64,000 nt of DNA, taken from contig NC_069001.1 in the NCBI RefSeq assembly GCF_001194135.2, positions 25,821,761-25,885,760 of the forward strand, read 5' to 3'. Positions within the stretch are counted from its first letter, which is position 1, and each line of letters starts with the position of its first letter. The position numbers and the translations under genes are program-made. The DNA comes from Octopus bimaculoides (taxonomy: Eukaryota). Positions 54,873-64,000 of this stretch are shown piece after piece. Under the pieces are notes generated by a model. That model saw only the letters and a list, made by a program, of their open reading frames with translations, ran no database searches and was not told the DNA's origin.

Positions 54873-55170
54873 TGGAGACGCCTGGCATACTGATTAGGGC
54901 ATTTTTGTCTTACGGTGGTAAGGTCCCGAGTTCTGAGTTCCTTGAGTATGATACTTTATTACACGTTGCTCCAGCTGGTCAAAATGAGTAGTAACTGTAT
55001 TTGAGACGCCGAGCCTTGTCAAGGTCCGTGTCACACCTGCTTTTGAACACCAGTAACGATATCCGTGTCTGGGGAGTACAGAACTTGCGCGTTTATGTTA
55101 CAAGCTGGCTGTTCTGTTGATTGGATCTACTGGAACCCTCGTCGTCATAAACAACAGCGTGCCAGCTAGA
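54873..55170 (+). mobile_element. tRNA-headed SINE related to family C with a different 3' half
   Basis: Degenerate head GGAGACGCCTGGCATACTG; GATACTTTATTACACGTTGCTCCAGC is shared with the 36424 copy. Confidence 0.55.
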
Positions 55171-55205
55171 CAGATTGATACACACACACCCACACGTATG
55201 TGTTA

Positions 55206-55236
<31 letters not shown>

Positions 55237-55339
55237 CTTGTGTGAGTGTGCGTGCATGTGTACGTGTAATAGAATAATTGGCGAAAAACAGTTATTTGAC
55301 GAGATTATGTGATATTGATATTTGTACAACACATAGTGA

Positions 55340-55620
55340 AGGCTCATAGCTCAGTGGTTATAGCGTCGGACTCACAATCATTAGCTAGTGAGTTTGATCC
55401 CTGGACAGAGTTGTGTGTTGCGTTCTTGAGCAAGACACTTTATTCACGCCGCTCCATTTGACTCAGCTGAAGAAATGATTTGTGACGTCACTGGTGCCAA
55501 GCTATAACGGCCTTTACTGCTTTTCTTCTGTGACTGCTTTTCTTCTGTAAACAACCGGCCTGGACTTGTGCCTCGGAGAATTCTCTACCTGCAATACCAT
55601 GGTCATTCCTGATAGAAACA
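55340..55620 (+). mobile_element. family C SINE with internal deletion
   Basis: GGCTCATAGCTCAGTGGTTATAGCGTCGG...CTTGAGCAAGACACTTTA...GGACTTGTGCCTCGGAG...CCATGGTCA. Confidence 0.85.
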
Positions 55621-56524
55621 AATTTATAACGAGCATAAATGCCGGGTGATGGTAAAACTTCGTCAAAGGTTTGTTCACAGAGCTACAATTCAGGGAATAA
55701 GCATGTTGCCTACTGGTTTGGTCAAGCTGAAAAGCCCCATCTCTCACAGCTCCAGAGCAAAGTCTTCTGCCATTTTCGATTGCACATTATCTCATTTAGA
55801 ATTCATTGATCCAACACACATTGGGACATTGTGCTCTGTTGTACATATCTTCTACTTGTAAATATTAGTCTGCTTCTTTCCATGTAGTTTTATATTTATC
55901 CAGCTTCCTCTGGTTTTCGAAATTTAAATGATCTGCTGCCCTTCCATTTTCCCTCTAAATATCTGCTGCTCGTTAAATGTATTCATTTCTCTGCGAGTTT
56001 CAAGTCATTGCCCTTCGATTATAGAATACGTTGCCACCATAATGATATATGGAGGGAGAGAGAGAAGCGTGCGAAAAACTACGCCAATTGCGTGTAATGT
56101 GGTAGGTGTGAGCGCGCGAGTGTGTATGAGTGTGAATGAGAGTGCGTGTGTGCGTGAGCATATGATTGTATGTATGTAAGTGTGTGTATTTGTGTGTGAG
56201 CGTATGTATGTGAGTGTGAGTGTGTGCGCATGCATATGCATGTACTTTAATGCCTGGGTGAGTGTGTGTGTATGTATATTACTATGTAAAGAAACGCAAC
56301 TTGCTAGACGCCCTGTGAAATAATAATTCGTTTCGCCAAAAGAATTATGATTTTATCGAAGATACCTTTATTAGAAATGTGTCTTCAGTAGAAAGCTTTA
56401 TTAGTTACTCATTTTCGAACGATAAAATTATACCTGTGTTCTAAATGCCTACTTTATCTATATAATATGTAATGAAGTAAAATGATATAGGCTATATGAT
56501 ACAACCAAGTATACATACATACGC

Positions 56525-56583
<59 letters not shown>

Positions 56584-57049
56584 TAAGTAGAGAACAGCAA
56601 ATTATGAGGAGAACTTCATCACCTTGCAGCAGTTTCCGCTATGTAATTCAGTACACCCAAAGCTCGGTGGTTGATGAAGTTTATTGAAGTTTATTGCATA
56701 ATATCTCGTTCGTTTGTCATTCATTTAATTTCGTATTACACTATGTACACTTTATTCTGAAACAGATGCGTACTCAGTGCTATGACCAAGCTATTTCTAT
56801 CTTTATGCCTAAGCGAAATATTAAAATACATACGTGTGTATATCTCCTTTATTCGTCTCTTTCTCTCTCTTTCTTTCTTTCTCTCTCTCTCTCTCTCTCT
56901 CTCTGTGTCTCTCTCTCTCTCTCTCACACATACACACATATGGGCACTGAATTATTTATAGTATATATATATAATATAAGATGGTGTATTATATGTATGT
57001 AAAGTATATTATTTCCGTATTTAAGAACCATATTTCCTTTGATTTTCAA

Positions 57050-58310
57050 ACAATTTTCTGGAATTCTTTTCTCCTTAGGCTAGAAGAAAATTATGATATG
57101 ACAATCCGCTTCCGTGATCCTCATTTATACTTACATAAGTGATTACATTTTCTAGATAATCCTCTTGAACCAATTACCAAGCATTCCTTCTGCCTTTGAT
57201 AAAATATCTTTACTGTAATATCTGATTGTTCCCTTGGTTATCCCCTTGCTTACTGGTCTTATTTACTTATGCTATATCGTTTGCTACCTTACGATTCAAT
57301 TTGAACCTTATTTCATTGTATGTAACCCGTGGATATCACTTTTATCGCCTTACTTCGTGGTGTTTGATATTCTTCTTTAACACTGGTACATGGCGCTTTG
57401 ATTGAGAAATATTTGTGACAGCTTCGAAGTAACATTTCCAACGTTTATTTGGCCCCTTACCTCATACCCAATGTTTGTTATACATATGTAAATATAATTT
57501 ATTGCATTCAACGTCAGGATAATTTTAAATTTCGTTCGCACCTAATTTTGAGAACAAACATAGCCCCACGATTTCCTAGTTTGAATTCATCTCTGCGGGT
57601 TTCCGAATTGCAGAATTTCCTACTTTGTTTATCATGTTAACCTCTATATTTGGTATTTGATTTTCTTGTCATATAATTTTCGCCCATAACTTGTCTCATA
57701 AATCCTATCCCTTGTTTATGATCCCTTGCTGCAGTGCAATACTCCGATTCTTGTGATGCAGCTCACATGCATATAATTTTTTTTTTAAGGCAGCGAACAA
57801 TAAAGTATTTCTTTCTTCACCTGAAATCGCAGCTATTGGAATCGATCAGGATCAAATAATTTTCTGGGATTCTTTTCTGCTTAGGCTGAAAGAAAACGAT
57901 CATATGACAATTCCCTTCTCTGGTCCTCATTCATACATGTGATTACATTTTCTAGATAATCCTCTTGAGCCAATCACCAAGGCATTCCTTCTGCCTTTGA
58001 TGAAATATCCTTATCGTAGCGTGTAATATTTCTCTAGAAAAAGGGTTGCGTTAATCGCTTACCAATTTGGATTTGATTTAAATATAATAAAAATATAAGG
58101 CCGTTCATAGCATCTGGAGATAATTACGGTATCGAATATGCCATGCCATTTGCTGTTATGAGGGAAAAGAAAACAATCTCTTATTTTATTCTATGCTTTA
58201 ACTGTAAGTTATTCCATTCATGAAATTACATTTTTTGTGTTCGTGTTTCTTAATCTGTGATATTCTTCTTTAACTCTGGTACATTGGTACTTCGATAAGG
58301 AAATGTTCCA
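57050..58310. repeat. diverged tandem duplication (period about 810-890 bp)
   Basis: Block 1: about 57053-57215 vs 57861-58025; block 2: about 57365-57415 vs 58258-58310. Confidence 0.85.
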
Positions 58311-59203
58311 CAGGTCTTTCGTTTGTTCGCGCGTGGTTTTTAAAGCACGATAACTTAAAAGAAGGTGCCAGTTAGTTACATATTACAAGAGGTCCTCTTT
58401 GATTCCTTATTTAAGTTCATTGAAATCTGATTGACTTAGCACTTACCGCTTCTATATCAATAGCGTTCGCATGACATTTTCACCTGTGATTTCAGTACTC
58501 TTAATAGTTGTTGCATATCCATAAATACCAAATTCTAACAGGAAGAAGAGCGAAGATCATCGTCATATCGATGAATTTCAAATAAAATATCACAAGCTAT
58601 ATACTACGTTCTCAACTACAGCCAGGCATTCTTTTGTTTCTCTGATCTCGATAACCTGCTACTTTGTCTGGTGCTGACATTTTATATTGCCTCTTATGCT
58701 GTCTCTGCTCACTGCATGGCTTCATTTCTTGTCACAATGCCAGCGTAACTTGTTCACCTCCAGCAAAATCAATTGAAGTTTATTACATATGGATTGAAAC
58801 AATGTAAGCAATTTTACAATTTAACTATCAGTCTAAACTTTAGAGTTGCATTGTTTCTTAGTTCTCGTTCTGTCATAAACTACGTCATAAAATTAAGTCA
58901 GAGTTAACTTTGGTCAGATAGAAGAAATAACCTACTTCTGTAATAAACATGTCCGTGCAATATCAATAATGGTCTGTAATCTGTTATTTTTGCTTTCGGT
59001 CGAACTTCGGGAGCCATGATCCTCGTATTGTTCTAAACTGCGATTACCTGAAAAACGTGACTGACAGAAAACAGTCGATTTCTGTTTGTGCCAGACAATG
59101 GTTTAACTTGTATATGTCTTTCAGCAGAAGAATAATTTGATATTTCACCTTCAAAACTTAGTTACTAGAGTTTACTTGTTTTCATCATCAAAAACTAACG
59201 TGC

Positions 59204-59251
<48 letters not shown>

Positions 59252-59885
59252 GAGATGTGTCCGTATTCACTTTCCGCGAGAAAAAGGCATGACGAATTAC
59301 TTTCATACTCGTGATGCATGAATGATATGATCTCGGNNNNNNNNNNNNNNNNNNNNNNNNNNNNNNNNNNNNNNNNNNNNNNNNNNNNNNNNNNNNNNNN
59401 NNNNNNNNNNNNNNNNNNNNNNNNNNNNNNNNNNNNNNNNNNNNNNNNNNNNNNNNNNNNNNNNNNNNNNNNNNNNNNNNNNNNNNNNNNNNNNNNNNNN
59501 NNNNNNNNNNNNNNNNNNNNNNNNNNNNNNNNNNNNNNNNNNNNNNNNNNNNNNNNNNNNNNNNNNNNNNNNNNNNNNNNNNNNNNNNNNNNNNNNNNNN
59601 NNNNNNNNNNNNNNNNNNNNNNNNNNNNNNNNNNNNNNNNNNNNNNNNNNNNNNNNNNNNNNNNNNNNNNNNNNNNNNNNNNNNNNNNNNNNNNNNNNNN
59701 NNNNNNNNNNNNNNNNNNAAAAAAAAAAAAAAAAAAAAGCAACGACAAATTACTGACGGTTATGTGTTTTTCTGTTGTTGACGGTTTATTTCTGGTTCCT
59801 TCGATACTGGCTCTGCGGTTCAATGAGAATAATGTGCTTTTTATTAAAGCTGCAAAGGTATCACACAAAGACTCCTACTCAGTTC

Positions 59886-59985
59886 CACGTTCTCGTTCGT
59901 CGGGCAGCTTAGCTCAAGTATGAATTAAATTATGCTCACAATTTATTCCATTTTTGATCACAACTGCCCGACGAACGGAAACGTG
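59886..59985. other. 100-nt imperfect inverted repeat (hairpin)
   Basis: 46 gap-free paired positions (36 Watson-Crick, 2 G-U on +) around an 8-nt loop ATGCTCAC. Confidence 0.9.
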
Positions 59986-61523
59986 AAGCTCTGGGTAGCG
60001 GTTTTGTCATGTTTTTGCAGCGTTAATAGAAAGTATATCTATGTGTGTGTGTGCATATATATATATGTATATTTATGTGTGCGTGTATGTATATGTGTGT
60101 ATATTTATGTGTGTGTTGTAAGCATGTATATGTGTTTTGATGCAAGTATAACACAACAGAATAAAAATCTTGTTTTCGAAGGCGTTGTATAAAGCTGGTT
60201 TTCAGCATTTCAGTGTCTGTAATTTTCGTGGCGAGCCCTAGTTTCTTCTTCATCGTCATACAATCCAGTTCTACCCATTTAGTTTCCCTTAACTTTAAGG
60301 CGGGCCATTCTACCCTGTCTTCATTTAATCGCGTTTCAGATGCCATAAGGTTTTGCTTAATAAACATTCATTTGTTTCCCCGACATTCGCCTTCATGGCA
60401 TGGCGACTTGGCTTCTTTCGAAATCCACCTCTCTGGTACTGTTTATTGACGTTAAAATACTATTTTGTTGGCAAAAAAATCTAGACGATAGGTAAATAGA
60501 GACGTAGACACAAACGCACTCTTGTCAATATAAACATACTACTGACATAAATATAAAACCTTAGCTAATCTAATATGATTTTAAAAGTTCAAAGATTGCA
60601 AACTATTTAACAAAACAATCAGTTGTGTTGTTTTGTAAATCTAATCAGTAGTGTGGTTTTGTATATCTAATATAAAACATAATTATCTTTCTAGCTTCAA
60701 ACAAGATTATTTAAAACGACTCATATTCAAAGTATAATTTTTAAAATTCTGAAAATATTTGAATAAAAGGAACTTATTAGTAGAAAATATTTCAGGTAAC
60801 GTAAACAACGCCATCTAACCTTTTATAGATTACACTTTTTGGGGATTGAACATTTTGTAAAAATAGTTAATGATTATTTAAGATATTTTATATATAATAT
60901 ATTGCACTTTAAAATTACTCTTTCTTAAATAAAATTTAATTCCAAAAAATTTAAAGCGTTTATGTTACTTTCCAGTTAGTGTCATATTCAGTAAAATCCT
61001 ATTTTCATATCTGATGGAAGACCGGAGAAACACGCGCACACAACACAGACACATACACGCACGCACTTACACACGCGCGCACACAGACTCATGACATACT
61101 CAAAGAGATACAAACGCAAACATACACAGAATGAGCATTTAAACGTATTTGATCTTAACATTGAATTCCCAGTATCATTTTGTAACTTTAAATTATTCAA
61201 TAAAATATTTATAAATTCAACATCCATTTTATAACATTAAATATTCTAACATATCGAATAAAACAAGTTTTGGCACTGTTGGTGCCTCTTTCATGAACTG
61301 TAATGTAGACACTTTGCTTTAGAGGCTCTCGTAGGGGTTTTCCTCTGATTTTCTAAAGAAATATTTATTTCACTCTGTGATTCGTGGTAATTTCAGTATA
61401 TCAGTGTGTTTACGTATGGTTACTCTTAAGGATTTGTGCGGGCACAAACATCTAAAAAAATAACGCAAATTTCGAGAGCATGCCTTAATTATTATTTAAT
61501 ATTAAGAACTTATTTATGTAGAT

Positions 61524-61896
61524 AGGCGCAGGAGTGGCTGTGTGGTAAGTAGCTTGCTTACCAACCACGTGGTTCCGGGTTTGTTCCCACTGCGTGGCAC
61601 CTTGGGCAAGTGTCTTGTACTATAGCCTCGGGCCAACCAAAGACTTGTGAGTGGATTTGGTAGACGGAAACTGAAAGAAGCCCGTCGTATATATCTCTAT
61701 ATGTATGTGTGCGTATATGTTTGTGTCTGTGTGTGTTCCTCCAGCATCACTTGACAACCGATGGTGGTGTGTTTACGTCCCCGTAACCTAGCGGTTCGGC
61801 AAAAGAGACCGATAGAATAAGTACTAGGCTTCCAAAGAATAAGTCCTGGGGTCGATTTGCTTGGCCGCAGTTAAATGACTGAAACAAGTAAAAGAG
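61524..61896 (+). mobile_element. family B tRNA-derived SINE, best-preserved copy
   Basis: AGGCGCAGGAGTGGCTGTGTGGTAAG head, internal (TA/TG)n, tail AAATGACTGAAACAAGTAAAAGAG. Confidence 0.93.
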
Positions 61897-62433
61897 GATG
61901 TATGCATTTGTCTTTATTCATGCATTTGTAGACAATGCATAACTGTATTGCTCAGAATTGCATTTCCGAACGATGAGATCTCATCTACATTTATATTGCA
62001 TGAAACATTACAAAAGTGATTTTGAGATGGATTTCCATCTCACTCAAATCTTGTGGATTAAACTGGGGTGACAGAAATTCAAAATAGCGTGGGAAGTATT
62101 GCACTTAATGTTCAAGTAACTAGCCATATCACACACTGTACTATGTTAATTGCATTAGAGAATACTTTAAAGGTACAACTATATACTTACAAATTAAATA
62201 AGCAAGTAGTTCCTCTGATAGCACATTACAATACACACTGTTGGAACCGACATGTGTATTGCTTTCTCGTCTAATTGTGTGAGTTCAACATAAAAGTGAT
62301 GTAGAGCCTGTCCATAAATCACCTTTACAGTTTATTCAGATCTATCAACAAACTGATTAGCAGTTAGCAGTTATTTACCAATGAGATAGGAATTAGTGTC
62401 ACCAATTTAGTAATTAGTGTTCAACAGTTTCAT

Positions 62434-62646
62434 AATGGAATTTTCCCACGCCTAATGATTGGAACCTGCGTGCAGCCGCTTTGACACTTTTGTTATCAGA
62501 TATAACCCACCTGGATTTCTTCTTATGCGGCTATATCAAAGGGAGAATTTATCGCACAAACTTCAGGACCTGAAACATGTCAAGAAAAATACGAGCAGCT
62601 ATATCGAATATTGATGAGGGGATGCTCAAACGCGCATAGTCGGAAA

Positions 62647-62648
<2 letters not shown>
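62434..62648 (+). pseudogene. Tc1/mariner-superfamily transposase C-terminal fragment
   Basis: SDITHLDFFLCGYIKGRIY resembles SPDLTPLDFFLWGYIK.RVY; followed by KIRAAISNIDEGMLKR. Confidence 0.8.
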
Positions 62649-62681
<33 letters not shown>

Positions 62682-62705
62682 TGTATGTATATATGTGTGT
62701 GTATA

Positions 62706-62742
<37 letters not shown>

Positions 62743-63388
62743 TATATGTATNNNNNNNNNNNNNNNNNNNNNNNNNNNNNNNNNNNNNNNNNNNNNNNNN
62801 NNNNNNNNNNNNNNNNNNNNNNNNNNNNNNNNNNNNNNNNNNNNNNNNNNNNNNNNNNNNNNNNNNNNNNNNNNNNNNNNNNNNNNNNNNNNNNNNNNNN
62901 NNNNNNNNNNNNNNNNNNNNNNNNNNNNNNNNNNNNNNNNNNNNNNNNNNNNNNNNNNNNNNNNNNNNNNNNNNNNNNNNNNNNNNNNNNNNNNNNNNNN
63001 NNNNNNNNNNNNNNNNNNNNNNNNNNNNNNNNNNNNNNNNNNNNNNNNNNNNNNNNNNNNNNNNNNNNNNNNNNNNNNNNNNNNNNNNNNNNNNNNNNNN
63101 NNNNNNNNNNNNNNNNNNNNNNNNNNNNNNNNNNNNNNNNNNNNNNNNNNNNNNNNNNNNNNNNNNNNNNNNNNNNNNNNNNNNNNNNNNNNNNNNNNNN
63201 NNNNNNNNNNNNNNNNNNNNNNNNNNNNNNNNNNNNNNNNNNNNNNNNNNNNNNNNNNNNNNNNNNNNNNNNNNNNNNNNNNNNNNNNNNNNNNNNNNNN
63301 NNNNNNNNNNNNNNNNNNNNNNNNNNNNNNNNNNNNNNNNNNNNNNNNNNNNNNNNNNNNNNNNNNNNNNNNNNNNNNNNNNNNNNNN

Positions 63389-63421
<33 letters not shown>

Positions 63422-64000
63422 TTGTGTGTATGTATAGTGCACGTGATGTCGAGTGAAAGTACGTGACATAAGGGTTAGGGTACTGGGCTAATGGTCGTAA
63501 AGCTATATAAGAAGCTATATTTCACGCTGCGTCAGTCTATCAGTGGGCAAAGATTAATAGAAGCTGTAAAATCTATAGGTTCTATTAACTTATAGTGTAA
63601 ATCAAATGACCATCCCTGTCAAATTTCGTGTGTCACGCTCAATATCCTTGTGAAGTACGTTGAGAACATTTGCTCGTGGGGTACTCAATTATCTGCAAGC
63701 TAGTTTCACCCTGCAGTCTTTTCTGTTCATCAGATTTACTGTAAATGACTAAATAAACAAATGAATGGTGAATAGAAAGAGGATCCCCCTCCTCCTCTCC
63801 CTCTATCTACCTATCTATTTACCGATCTATCTGACTGTCTATCTATCTATCTCCATTGTCATGGAACCTCCCCCGAACAAACAGATACAATCTTCTCCCC
63901 TTCTAAACAAAAACACCCCAAAAACATGTTCTTGTATCAATGAAGAAGCTGTCTAAGCGTTAATGATAACGAAGAAATAAAAAGATGTTTTTTTTTCCAA

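Noticed and set aside
60023-60367. 114-aa minus ORF (KQNLMASETRL...)
   Set aside because: It ends in a microsatellite, has no recognisable domain and no splice support.
6121-63469. Long ORFs of 140-306 aa containing X runs or YI/HT/CV repeats
   Set aside because: They are artefacts of N-gaps and dinucleotide microsatellites.

Overview
AT-rich eukaryotic non-coding DNA with many assembly gaps and very dense microsatellites. The repeat landscape looks like an octopus (coleoid cephalopod) draft genome; this is inference from the SINE and microsatellite style, not verified. No intact protein-coding gene could be recognised. Most long ORFs in the track are artefacts of N-gaps and simple repeats. 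The window holds three tRNA-headed SINE families, called A, B and C here, with about 25 copies. It also holds decayed transposon remnants recognised from protein motifs: an RTE LINE 3' end, an RLE-type LINE, a CR1-like LINE, three Tc1/mariner fragments and a Chapaev-like (CMC) transposase. A nested MITE pair and a Penelope-like tail with a hammerhead-like core are also present. The most notable observations are: a seamless same-strand CR1-mariner-Chapaev fusion (50.2-52.3 kb); the hammerhead-like motif at 20.4 kb; a 46-bp gap-free hairpin at 59.9 kb; a possible + strand promoter and first exon at 3.4 kb; a candidate recursive splice site at 40.3 kb; several weak candidate exons; and a patchily conserved tandem duplication at 57-58.3 kb. 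Coordinates of degenerate repeats are approximate (about +/-20 bp).
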